Origin: Felis catus
Taxonomy: Eukaryota
Length of the DNA: 64,000 nt
Reading direction: 5' to 3'
Assembly (NCBI RefSeq): GCF_018350175.1
Contig: NC_058368.1
Span: forward strand, 22,694,001-22,758,000
The position numbers and the translations under genes are program-made. Positions 49,346 through 61,890 of this stretch are shown piece by piece (within the stretch, counting starts at the first letter, position 1; each line of letters opens with the position of its first letter). The notes beneath the pieces were generated by a model. That model did no database searches. It saw only the letters and a program-made list of their open reading frames with translations, and was not told the DNA's origin.

Positions 49346-51509
49346 CCTTGTTGCCATGGTTCTATGTATCAAATCATTTTCCATTGTTCATGACTTATCA
49401 CTAATTTATTTCTAAAGGCAAGTCTGCTCAGGCAAATGAGATGTGCTGAGACAGTAATTTGGGGGGCAGTGATGAAAAAACATCAATGTTTGAAAAGTTT
49501 GACATGAGATTCCATAGTCTTTGTGTGAAGAGTAGATTAATTCATGACTCAGAGGTGTTGGCTTTCTGGCATTATTGCCAAAATACAATTCTCCGTTATA
49601 CAATATGGGGATACCCAATATCTTACAAGGAGGGCTGGAAAGAGTGTCCCTGTAGTCAAAATAATCAGTCACCTTCAAGTCCCAAGCACTAAAGAGAAAA
49701 TAGAGAACTGGTGAGCTTCCTAAGGGTTGTCCATTTGAGGTAGGGATCTCTCTGTACTTTTAGGGGGATGACCGAGATACATCTGAACCATGAGCTAGTT
49801 TGAGTGGCCCCATGTGGAAAAGGAAAAGGAAAAGGAGGAGTTGAGACCAGGAGAACCAGGAAGACTGGTTAAACTAGGGCCTGGACATTCTGATGCATGA
49901 AGTAGGAGGAAGTCCTGGGTCACAGATGGAGATCACAAGAGGTAGAAAGGTTGGAAACAAGTGTTTGTGGAGAGACCAGAAGGACACTGAAGCCCAGAGC
50001 TGAGCCAGAGAAGAGCTATTGTCAAATCCTATTCATATTGTAGTCCAAAACAAAGCCCCATTAAATCCTGTGGAAAGAGATTGGAAATAGAAGCAAGTTA
50101 AGAGGTGAGTATTAGAGAACATAGAGTATGGCCACAGTTGGGCAGTCTTTTGTCACATCTTCCTGGTTTCTTGATGGTGTATGTTCTGCCTATTTTGCAT
50201 CCCTGTTGTAAACCCTGTTGACTAATAATTGATTCCTAATTTGCCAAAGGTCTTACTCCTTATTTCTCCTATATGTTACTTGGGAAGTCCTCTGAGAAGA
50301 GGATCCATAGCCATTTGTATGGTGATGTTGAGACAAATGTTCAGTACATGGTCCATACACCAGGTTAGGTGGTTCTACGTGATGGGGCCAGGACTTTTCT
50401 ACAGTACTCTCTCCTAATTTTAATTTTAGGGACCTGAAGTTGGCTTTACCTCAACTCATTATGCAGGCAATTATTTCAATGTATAAAAAAAGTAATAAAT
50501 TTCATTTTGTTCCTCATTTCTCTGTGATACACACGAGATCATCAGTTCAGACCATACTACTGAGCTTTAGAAACATTAAACCAAGCCTGGCAAAATGAGA
50601 CAATGAATTGGTTTCCAAGTGTTCTCTAGTGACTTGGGTCTGAAACATGAAACCCTAGCTAGGAACTAGCACACCAGATACGAATCTCAGAAGGGAGCAG
50701 GATTAAATAGACATCAGCCCTAAATAGTAGAGTCTCAACAAAGTTTCTTCTAGGTGGGGCTCTTATACTTTCTCACTGACCTATGCTTTGTATTTTCACC
50801 AGTTGAGATGGACTTCATGACCCAAAGCAGATCCAAGATCCTGATTCTTGAATAGCTTGGTAGGGAGACAGTCCCAGCCTTTCCTTCAGGTTGCAGATAT
50901 GCTACAGTATTTTCTCCAGACCACCATTGGTTCAAGCTTGGGGGGACATAAGTTTTGAGTTCCTATTGTTGCAGGGAAGTCTTAGGGAGGCCTTATCTGA
51001 CTTTTGACTAGGCTTCTGGACAGTCTGTCTCCTAAAAGGCAATTTTGGTGAACAGCTAACTACACAGGAAGGCTGTAAATGACCAGGTCCACTCCAGAAG
51101 TTATAAGAACACTCCCAGGTGAGAGTGTGAGGAATATCACCTCACTGAAGACTCTGAGGCCAGAACAGAGAGAAGATACTAAGGCTATAATATGGCCTTG
51201 GGATTTCAGGCCTACTATATTTACATTGGGGTCAAGGCTGCATCCCTATCTGTAGCAGGAGGTAAGTCCTACTGCCAGTCATCAGGGGAGGGGCTGGATC
51301 TATCAGACCACATAACAAACCTACAGATGACTTGGCAAAGAGTTTCAACACTTCCATCCTGGCTGCCAGGAGTAAGCTGTTTCTCCTTCAGAGCTCTGAC
51401 CCAAGGGTGGATGGAAAAAACCTTGTTCTCAGTTCCCCTCACCCCCGCTAAGATACTTTAAATCCTGCTGAAGACTCCAGTGATGTTAAGAGAGAACAAG
51501 AGAGAGGCT

Positions 51510-51875
51510 ATATGAAGTAAGTATTTGATCATTCCCTCATTTCTCCTCTCCTCTCCCTCCCAAAATCACTGCTCAAATTCAGGCTTGCATTGTCTCTCAT
51601 CAGGACTTTTGCAGTCACTTCTTCATTTGCTTCCCTATATCCCTCTGTCCTCCACTTGCCATTCTGGGGGAATGTATTGGATCTCGGTTTAAAATTCATC
51701 ACTGCCCTCAAGGAACTGCCTTTCTAGACTCATCCCCACATGGTCTTCAGGGCATTTCCCCACTGTAGATTATGAGGTCCAGGAGAGCAAGGTTATCTCC
51801 TTCATTGAAGTTGCCCCAGCAACTATGGTAACACAGGGCATACAGCATGTGAGCGGTAGAGAGTTGTTGGTTCAG
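51510..51875 (+). mobile_element. L2 fragment(s)
   Basis: tcaggcttgcattgtctctcatcaggacttttgcagtc; cactgtagattatgaggtccaggagagcaagg. Confidence 0.55.
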
Positions 51876-53144
51876 TTTCCTTTGATTACTGTCATGATTG
51901 GCATAGCCCTGGCTTCCTGTGCTGATGGCCTGGCAGAACCAGCCACATAAATGGTAATTAATAATAGGAAGAAAGGCCTTTTTCCAATTTTATGCTGGAG
52001 GCCTAGATTTTTTTTAAAAAAATATCTCTTTGGTTTTAAGAATATGCAGCTTCTTGGGAGAATAGAATGTATCAAAAAAATAGAAATTTCTTAAATGTAA
52101 CCTATAGGGAGACTACTTATTATTTTTACCACCAAGTGAAAGTTGTGCCAATTATATTTTCTTGGTGACTGGAAAATGTCTCTAATAAAACCCATGTTTT
52201 TCTGGAAGTTTTTTCTTCAACAGGATGATTATGTTCCACTGGACTAGGAGTATTGTTAATTATAACAATAAGATACACAAAGGGGAAAAAAAATCACAAA
52301 AATTTTCAGATCAGGAAATGCTTAAAATGTTTCCAAAAAATGTTTATCAGGAAATGTTATTCCAGAATCAAAACATTTCCTGCCTGGTGATTATACCGTG
52401 GAGAAAAATCATGTGATGTGATGCCAGTTATGGGGTCTTATAAAAAAAATTTTTATCATGAGATACATTTATTTGAAAGAAATTCATTATAAGTAACATG
52501 AGATAAATGAGAATTGCCCAGAGTCATACTTTTCAAAAAGTTTATTATTTACATAAAAATTTAAACTTTATACCTTATAGGAAAATACAAGGAATAAAGT
52601 AGAAATTCACCAATCTCTCAACAGTCAGAGATAATCAGTCTTAATATTTCAATGAACTTAATTCCAGTCAGGTCTTGGTGTAAATATATGTGCTTGTCAT
52701 CAACTCTATGTAAATAGTTTTAATGATATGTACTGTATCAGCAATATATCATAGATATCTTTCCCTGTCTGTACATCTAGATCTGCAGTATTAATGTTCA
52801 TAATTGTGCCTATGTATCACATGTATCTACTGGGACATTCCAAGCTTAAGGTGCAGCTCCCCAAACATAAGTCCCTATGCGACAATGTGAAAAAAGCTGA
52901 GGTGGTGTGGTGGGAAGAGGGCACTTGAGTGGGTGGAGGGGTCTTTCTTAGAAGTGAACTTCCTTATATGTGTCTACAGTCAGGACCAATTATATACCCA
53001 CCCCAGACACTGCCAAATGAAAATGAATTGATAAGACAGGCTCAGTCAAGCCAGAATTTCTTCTCTGTGACTGAATGCATTACTACCTGCACAAAAACAA
53101 GGTTCTGTGAGAAAAAAAAAGGAGATGAAACAAAGAAGCAAGTT

Positions 53145-54002
53145 TAAATCCATGGATTCACAACGATACCAACAAACAAACTCATTTGGTCACCATTGGA
53201 GAATGCTAGTGAAAAAAACTCATTATTTGAAAAACTGTCAAAGTAAGAGAAAGAATCATGCTCTTCCTATATCACTGGGAAATCAAATCATTGAGGAAAG
53301 TATTTCCCCCTCTACCGAAGTATTCCAGCTAATGAATGAAGAAGAAATGATAGAGTTAGGATTTCACCATTTAAAACATCTACTGAATTACATTATGTCT
53401 AATTCATAATACCATATTCAATATAGTATGACTATAGGCATTGAATATCAACAACTGTTAATGTCACAGAAACAATGCAACATCATATCCTTCTCAATGG
53501 AAGGACACAACACCATCTAAGAAGTCATCTTGCCAAAAAAATAAAAATAAGACTTGAATATAATTAAGGCTCTAGATTATTAATTGATGCAAAATATGGA
53601 GACTGCCTTCAGGAAAATCCTGATTTTGGAAAATCTAGAGGACAAATAAACTGGTTCTTCAACAAATAAATTGCAAGGAAACAAAAGGTGCTGGAGAGGG
53701 AACCCACAGGTTGAAAGAAACTTAAAAGACCCAGCAACCAATTGCAATATGTATACTTTATTTGAATCCCAAGTAACTCAAACTGTTAAAAACATATATA
53801 TTATATATAATATATAATAAAATAATATAAAATATATATTTGTTGTATATATAATATATAAATATATATGTGTCATATATAACATATATATGTATATGCT
53901 ATATATGTATATATATGTATAATATATATGCATATATGTTATATATGTGTGTGTGTGTGTATATATATATATATAGTACTGTATATATATATATATATAG
54001 TA

Positions 54003-54039
<37 letters not shown>

Positions 54040-54350
54040 GCAAGGTAATTAAAAAACTGAGTTCTGAAAGGACCTTTCATGATCAAGTAATTAGTGTTAG
54101 TTTCCCTAAAAGTATGATAATAGTGTTTTGGTTGTTTTTCAAAAAAGACTTCTTCTTATCTTTAGGAAACATCCATTGAAATATTCACAGATGGAATGAT
54201 AAGATGCTTCAAAATAATATGTAGTGGACAGAAGTATTGATAAAAGAAGGTTGGCTGTGAATTGCTAATTGATGAAGCTGAATGATAGGTGCATGGCTTT
54301 TAATCATTCTATTTTTGTATATGTTTGAAATTTCCCCTAATAAAAAGTAA
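53145..54350 (+). mobile_element. Old L1 3'UTR (L1MC5-like) with a TA-rich tract
   Basis: ggtcaccattggagaatgctag...gtattccagctaatgaatgaagaagaaatg...ttcttcaacaaataaattgcaagg...tgtttgaaatttcccctaataaa. Confidence 0.75.
53793..54036. repeat. (TA)n/(TG)n low-complexity tract
   Basis: Read directly. Confidence 0.93.
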
Positions 54351-54351
54351 A

Positions 54352-54372
54352 AAAGGAAGGGAGGGAGGGAGG

Positions 54373-54418
<46 letters not shown>

Positions 54419-54478
54419 AAAGAAAAAGAAAGAAAGCAAGAAAGAAAAGAAAAAAGAAAGGGAGGGAGGAAGGGGGGG
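54352..54478. repeat. Purine tract with (GA)n and (GAAA)n
   Basis: Read directly. Confidence 0.93.
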
Positions 54479-54569
54479 CAGACAGCTTTTAGGTGGACAG
54501 TCAACAGCATTTGCCATACTTTAATTTATCTAACCAGTTTGTTATAGTAAATAGGTTACTTTCTATTTT

Positions 54570-55112
54570 TCCAAATTATAAAAATGTTATACATCTTCCT
54601 CCATGTATCTTTTCATACCAGTAACCTCATCCAGGTGGGATTATTGAGTCAAAGGACAATTTAATACCTAAAGTCAAACTGCCTTCCAATCTGCCTTCCA
54701 AAGAGTTCTACCGAACTACACTTTCAAATGGATTTAAGGACTATTTAAATAAAATGATTGATATTTTTATTGAGATAATGTTATACATTTACATTAGTTT
54801 TAGGGAAGTGGACATCCCTATATTATTGAGTCTTCCTATCTGAAAACAGCATGTTTCTCCATTTTACCTTCCTTTGTGTCAGCAGCTTTACAGTTTTCTT
54901 CATAATGATTTTTGTATATTGATTTTGTAACTGGCTGCATCACTAAATTCTATTATTTCCAAAAGATTGTCAGTGTATTTTCTTGGGTTTTCAAGATCTA
55001 CATTGGTCATGGCCAAAGTCGGGAACTCAAGTGGTATTTGACAAGGAGATCCAGAAAAACCCAAATCCTGTTTTAACTTTCTTTTCTCTGAAGTCCCTAA
55101 GAAAAGTACACG

Positions 55113-55157
<45 letters not shown>

Positions 55158-56090
55158 TGAACAAACCAAAACCAAATCAAATCAAACAAAAAACCGAAGC
55201 AAGGCAGATGATCACTATTATCATCTGATGATTTGCCCTGAGCTCTAATGTTGAAATCAGCATATTAGGCCACACCATTATACTATTAAGGCTTACATGA
55301 TTTAGAACCGGAGCAGGCTATAAAATCTGCCCTGTTTGTATCTTCCCTAGAATCCCATCCTCAGTCTTGGTGCTTAACCCCGCAATGGAGGGAATGGCCA
55401 ATCCAGAACAGACCACTTGGCCAGGAGAAGGCTGTGCAAGAGCAAAAACATATTTGCTCCAAAGCTTGGGGCAGTTAGACTGTATCACTGGGCTCGTCTT
55501 GCCTTTCAGGGATAAGGAATGAAAAGCCACAAATGGAGCTAATATGTAGGCTATCTCCAAGAGGAGGCTCTGACATTTTTTCCTTCAGTCTTATAAAAAG
55601 AGTCACAAGAGTCATTCCCAGTGGGTCCACTGGACAGTGTGCTACCATGACATGGTAACAACTCCATTTTCACAGAAGGGTGCCCATGAAATGCCTTTGA
55701 ACTTGATCAATCCAAAATTGGAATGGAGCAAGAGGGTAGGAAAAAGGAGTTGTATGGATCCCTTAGCCAACAAATCTAATTGCATAGTTTGTAAATAATG
55801 ATATTTTCTGCATCCTTTTCAGTCTTTATATTCCTTAATTAATTTTCTTATATAAGTGCATTAGCTAGTACTTTCTGAATAGCATTTGAGCATTAAGCTT
55901 ATGTTTATTCCTATATTTAACGGATATGCTGTTAAAATTACACTATTAAATATGAAACTAACTTTAATAAAAAATGAATATTGACTATTGAATTTTATCC
56001 AACATGCTCTCAGCATCAATTAAAATGTTTCTATTTCTTTGACCTGTTATTATGGAGAAGTATATTAGTAATATTTCCCCAAAAACTAAT
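54570..56090 (-). mobile_element. Ancient L1 ORF2 remnant, split by an unclassified insert at ~55004-55772
   Basis: tattgagtcttcctatc...gtatattgattttgtaactgg...ttcttgggttttcaagatctaca resumes as tttgtaaataatgatattttctgcatcc. Confidence 0.65.
55115..55157. repeat. (CA)n microsatellite
   Basis: Read directly. Confidence 0.95.
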
Positions 56091-56109
56091 CAAAATTTTC
56101 TCAGATTCA

Positions 56110-56289
56110 GAGCACCTGAGTGGCTCAGTCAGTTAAGCATCTAACTCTTGATATCAGCTCAGGTCATGACCTTGCAGTGACATGGTGCCCCACATCGGGC
56201 TTGGGATTCTCTCTCTCCCTCCCTCTCTGCCCTTCCCCTGCTTGCCTCTCTTTCTCTCTCTCAAATAAATAAATAAATTTAGAAAGTTT
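56110..56289 (+). mobile_element. CAN-SINE (diverged, internally deleted)
   Basis: TSD ttttctcagattca on both sides. Confidence 0.9.
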
Positions 56290-56579
56290 TTTTCTCAGAT
56301 TCATCTTCTCCTTTCTCTTTAAGCATACCCTACTCTCGCATTGAGTTCAAGCACTCTTGATGTTCTGCCTGGACTGACTGGATAGAGTCTTAACATGGTC
56401 CCCTGGCCCCAACCTCACCATTTTCCCCACTACAAAATAGGGAGCCTCCTCAACACAAAGGTCAGTATGTCATCCTTTTGCTTAAAATTTTTTGTTGGAT
56501 TCTGTGATATGTCTTGCTGTTGCATTGCCAAGGACTTTTATTATTCGGCCCATTTACTTTTCCAGTTCATTTGAAAAGA

Positions 56580-56800
56580 GCCCACATGGTCAAGTGGGAA
56601 GAGCTTCAGATTGGAATCAGAGATGGATTTGAGTGCTAGCCTCACCTCTTACTAGTTATGTGACCCTAGCAAGTTAGTTAAGTCTCCACTGTTCCATCTG
56701 TAAAACAAGGCCAAAATTAAGTTGCAGTTTATTGTAAAGATTAAGGTAATGTACTATAAAAAGCACAGCCCAAGAAAGCACTCAGAAAATTATGGCTACT
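56580..56800 (+). mobile_element. MIR within L2-like sequence
   Basis: ttggaatcaga...cttactagttatgtgaccctagcaagttagttaa...catctgtaaaac. Confidence 0.72.
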
Positions 56801-58279
56801 TTAATCTTTTCCCATTACTGTATCCTCTCCACATAGCCTTTGTTCCTGCTTTGCCGAGCAGAACAGATTAAAATTCTCGAATACATCATACTCTTTCAGA
56901 TTCTTAGAATGTTTCCCTTCCCTAACATCCCCACCTGTAACTTTGTTCTCTCAGCTAACTTGTAAACATCCTTAAAACTTAACGCCAAGTTTTCTTCTTT
57001 TGGAAAGCCTTAATTGACCTCCTCCTGATGGTTTGTTGTTCTCTCACTGCTGCCACAGTAACATGTACATGTATCCTATCATCTTCGTTGCTTTGTATTC
57101 TAGCACTGTGCTGGGATATACCATGTCACATACCATGGTTAAGAAGAAGTGTCTGTAAAGGCACAGTGTAACTGACGTCTCTCTAAAATACAGAGAGCTG
57201 GGCCGTCTTTGTGCCTTCCACATTAGAGTGGCCTGGGCACTTACTCTCTCCCACACAACTAGGAGGAGCCACGGCCCCAGAGAGTCACCTGTCCTCACTC
57301 AGAAGTGGCAAAGGAGGAGGATGCTACATGATGTCTATATAATTATACTCGAACACCCCGTTTTCCCAGCCCCTACGTGCTTTAAGGAGGGCTAATATTC
57401 CTACAAGGTTGCCCTTAGATGATAGAGTCAGAAAGTTACTTTTTTTTGCAACCTAGCTGTATTTCTAAGCTATGATGTGTAGGGATATAGGTTATAGTAG
57501 TGATGACATTATCTGGAATATTTAAAAGAAATGATAAATTATGAAATAATAGATCAAAAAGAAAACCATAAAAAACATATATCTAGTACAGAGGCCATCA
57601 CTTCTCTTCTAAGGAATGTGTTGTGTTTAATGGTCTTCTTCCCCTCTCCCTGTCCCCTCCTTCTTTCCGCTGGAACAGCTCCCATCATTCAGACTCCTTG
57701 CTGCAAACCAGTCCTTTTCAACCTTCAGCTCCTGGCCAGTTGGTTTTCTCAGAGTTTGGTCAGCTGATTCAATTCAAGTCTTTGCTCTTAGTGTTTGCAG
57801 TATATCATTATCTTAAACATAGTGGAGGGAAAGTGGGGCAGGTGTATGGGACATCTTTGTACTATTTTTGTAACTTGATGTGAATCTATAATTACTTTAA
57901 AGTAAGAAGTTAAAAAGAATTTCTTCCACTCAAAGTTTTATGAGAAAAATCTGTACCTTTTCATCTTGTGCAATGGCTTTGTTGTTATCCTTCATTTGAT
58001 GGATAATGAGATCCTGCTATTTATCCTATGAGTGGGATGATGGATTGGAAAAAGCAATGAAACTCGGAATCCAAAGACTTGAGATAATTTACTTCATAAT
58101 CTGGGCATCGATAAAATGAGGATTTATTTTAATCTCTCAGCTCTATGATAATGCAAATTTACCAAGATTTAAGTAAGTATCTCATGTTAAAAGTGATTAA
58201 AGAATAAACATTTACTTACTGCATAGTATAACAAAGGTAAATTTTTAACTATTATATACATTTCATGATTATTATATTT

Positions 58280-58501
58280 TTTTTAAATTTTTTTTCAACA
58301 TTTTTTACTTATTTTTGGGACAGAGAGAGACAGAGCATGAACAGGGGAGGGGCAGAGAGAGAGGGAGACACAGAATTGGAAACAGGCTCCAGGCTCCAAG
58401 CCATCAGCCCAGAGCCTGACGTGGGGCTCGAACTCACAGACCGCGAGATGGTGACCTGGCTGAAGTCGGACGCTTAACCGACTGCGCCACCCAGGCGCCC
58501 C
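58280..58501 (-). mobile_element. Young CAN-SINE (Fc1-like)
   Basis: Perfect 16-bp TSD catgattattatattt at 58264-58279 and 58502-58517. Confidence 0.97.
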
Positions 58502-58748
58502 CATGATTATTATATTTAAAATGTTGTATGCATCCAAATTATTGTATTTAAAATATTACATAGTCAAAACATGTAGTGAAATCAGATGCCTGCCTGGTGG
58601 TACTCTAAAGAAGTGAGTGGTCTCTAAACATTTTTGGTCTTGTATTTCGATTACAAAAAATATGCATTATTGTCAATGTACATGTTAAATATTAGTAAAG
58701 TTTGATTTCTTAATTTAGATAAAAATGGAGATATTCTAAACGTTTCTT

Positions 58749-58962
58749 GGGGGTGCCTGAGTGGTTTAGTTGGTTAAGGGTCTGACTTCAGCTCAGGTAA
58801 TGATCTCATGGTTCATGAGTTTGAGCCCTGCATGGGGCTCTGTGCTGACAGCTCAGAGCCTGGAGCCTGCTTCAGATTCTGTGTCTCCCTCTCTCTCAAC
58901 GCCCCTCCCCTGCTCTCACTCTGTCTCTCTCTCAGAAATAAATAAACATCTGAAAAAAATTT
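58749..58962 (+). mobile_element. CAN-SINE
   Basis: gggggtgcctgagtgg head, (CT)n, aataaa; TSD-like taaacgtttctt / taaagtttctt. Confidence 0.94.
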
Positions 58963-60919
58963 TTAAAGTTTCTTCCCACATTCCAACTGCTCTAGGTATT
59001 AGATTTGTTACAGGAAATTTCCCCTTCTGTATTGTGGGACTAAACCTGTTGAATCCTTTGCTCTGATCATTTCTTGCTGCAATCACATCTTAACATTAAG
59101 TTCCGTATTAACAAGATGTTTCGTGGTAGAAATTGGAGAAAGTCTAAATAAAATGTCTTATTTTTATTATTATTATTATTATTTAGGAATAATCTTAGGA
59201 CTTTTAAAAAGTCCTAAGAACTAAGAACTTTTATTTCTAAAATACCTAAATCTTAAAATATTAATTTGTAAAGGAGTATCATACCTGCAGGGAAAGAAAT
59301 ACTATATAGGTTGATTTGTATATTATGCACTATATTATGAATGGAAGTGGTTTTCTGTAATTTTGCTCTCTAAATGGTCACTCAAATTCCTTAAAATACC
59401 TGAAATACAAAGTAGTCTGGATACAGGAAAAAGGTGGAAGGAGAATTTGACTGTTTGAATGAGAAAGAATTCCTGTTTAATGAACCAACTCTAAACTTGT
59501 TTAATGATGAATTTTAGCTTTGGTGGTGACCAGAGGAACAACCTTTTCCTGAACAGAAAAACAAGTCAGTGGATTTTTTTTTATGCAGACTCAGTGTTAC
59601 ACAGCTTTGCCACAAGGAGAGGAATGAGAGACCTGATGAGGGTATAAGAAAAGGTGACCTAAAGCCTTTTTGGATTAGATACCAACCTCTCTTAAGAAGT
59701 CAGCCTATCCAGGCAGTCAGGCCCAGGAGAATTGGCACAAACTATCTAAAATGAGAGTAAACCATGGATTCATGCTTATGTTTAGGTCTCTTAATGGAGT
59801 ATGGATGCATATTTGGGGAACTAAAGGGCATGTAATCAATGTAATTTGATTCCACAAACATTTATTACACATTTTATGGTACAGAAATAAGGCATATCTT
59901 GCTCTTAAGAGTTTCACAATCTAATGAGATATAAACATCACAAATAAGAGAAGGAAGGTCTGTTTAGTGATAACCCCACCTTATCTCACTACTTAGTCTG
60001 GCAACCCTCTCCCTTAGATAAATACTCTGGAAGGAGTTCCTTGTAATTATCCTTTTCAAGTAAAAAAATCCAAGCTGTCCTTTCAGTTATGGTTATGTTA
60101 CCTTTTATAACAAAAGGACAAAAGGTAACTGATTGTTTCAGGGGAAAAGCTTAATCTTAGGCAGTGAAATGTATGTGACTCCTGCCCCTGCTCATAACCT
60201 ATAAAATCAAGTAAATAAATGCAAGTCTCCTTCTGGGGTTCAATGTAGTAAGCTGTGATAATAGACATAAATGTCTGCCAACGACAGCAACTGCAATAAA
60301 AACAGTTAGACTTTCTGGAATGATGTTTTTCCGGTGAATGACAAAGGCCAGATCAAACAAGACGACAGAATCACTCTGGATTGACATTTCTATCTGGCTG
60401 TGCTACTTTTTGGCAAATCATTTAAACGTTGAACCTGTGCCCTCATTTACAAGCCAGTGTAAAGGCATTCAGCTTACCTCCCAGGAACAGCTAATAAGAT
60501 TAATTGTGGAGCATTTTACCAAAACCCACTCAGGTCAATTTAAGTGTAAAGTGCAAGAAATTATTGCACATTGTAATTATATTACATGTGGTGCATTTTA
60601 CTAAAGTCTGCTGAGGCCAATAGAGGCGCAGTGTAATACAAGAAATTACTAAATTAATAAAGGTAAAGTGCGGTTGTTCCAGAGGACCTTGGTCCCAGGT
60701 CACCCCAAGACAAATCAGTCATTATTTCAGCATTCTTATTAGGAGAGCACAGGACTTTGGCTCCACAGCCCAGAGGGGCAAACGGGGGGAAACCGTGTGA
60801 AGACGTGATTTGAGCTCCCTGATGGTGGACCGGCTGGGAGGATAACTGTAGAAAAGGTTGCCCACACTAAAATTTACACGCCTCACCCTTGCAAATTCCC
60901 AAGACTTTGGGAACCAGAA

Positions 60920-61890
60920 CCCTAGCGGAGGAGAGGGGTGCCCCACAAAGCGGAGATGGACCCAGCGAGGGAGGCGAGATGCAGTCGTGGGGTCCGCTCC
61001 GAGAGGGGGAGTCGGCAAGGAAGGGGCGGGGGCGGTAGCGGGCAGCCGGAGGAGGAAAGGAGGGGCGAGGCAAGGCGCCGTCGCCGGCCCCCTCCCCTCC
61101 AGTGCGCTCTCCTCCCTTCCCCTCCCCGGCCTGGCACCCGAGCGCAACCCGAGCGCAACCCGCCGAGGCCAGGCTGCTTCAGGGGGAGGCGCCAACTCGT
61201 CGCTGCGCCGGGCCCCCGACCGAGCAGTAACGGCGACCCAGAAAGCGGAGCGGATGCGGCTCGGGCCTACGCTGAGGTAAGGGGACAGGATGGTGTAGGA
61301 AGTCAAGAGGGGACGCCAGGCTTGCAGCAGGCAGCCCTCAGATCCCCCGGCTGCGGGCCACTTCTCCCCGCCCCCGCTGTCCAAGTTCCCGAACGCGGCG
61401 ACGGTTGGAGAGCAGCCCCCGGAGTTACACCCCCGCCCGGGCCTAGGACCTAGGCGTTGCCGCGCGTGCGCACACCCCCTGGCGGGGGCTGGGCGCGGAA
61501 CTCTGGGATTGTCTCCCCACCCAGGCCGCGGGGCCCGGGCGGCGCTGCGCATGTGCGAGCCCGCGGGCGGATGTGGTGCGCGTTGCGAGGGTCGCGTGTG
61601 GCAACGCCTGCCCGGAGGCTTCCCCGCCTCCGGCGGGTGAGGCGGAGCGTCGCCCCGGGCTGTGGCTGCGGCGCCTGCCTCAGAGTTTCGCCTTCCCACT
61701 CCCCTCTTCACCCCGCGTAGGCTGCTGTGGTTTTCGTTTTCGTCGCCTTGACCCGCGCCTGGCGTTCTGAAAACCCATTCACCTAGCTCCCGGCCCCGAA
61801 CCAGCTCGCTAACTCAGTGTTGTGCCTCCGACATTTGGTCCTGTTGTCGAGGGGACAGCGCAGAAAGTGTGGCTAAGCTAGGCGAAGCTG
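60920..61890 (+). promoter_or_regulatory. CpG island promoter
   Basis: Abrupt rise in GC and CpG density; GC boxes ggggcgggggcgg (~61023-61035); NRF1-like gcgcgtgcgca (61462-61472); no TATA box. Confidence 0.9.
61100..61276 (+). other. Probable first exon (mostly or wholly 5'UTR) of a + strand gene continuing beyond the window; start position approximate
   Basis: Downstream of GC boxes and ends in a strong donor GAG|GTAAGG (GT at 61277); contains a weak-context ATG at 61254. Confidence 0.65.

Noticed and set aside
49400..51500. Long stretch with no repeat I recognise, considered as a processed pseudogene or ERV interior
   Set aside because: Translations show no known protein motif, and there is no poly(A) tail, TSD or LTR pair
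60722..61711. 329-aa minus-strand ORF and overlapping 140/171-aa plus-strand ORFs
   Set aside because: Arg/Pro/Gly/Ala-rich, overlapping on both strands of a CpG island where stop codons are rare; no recognisable domain
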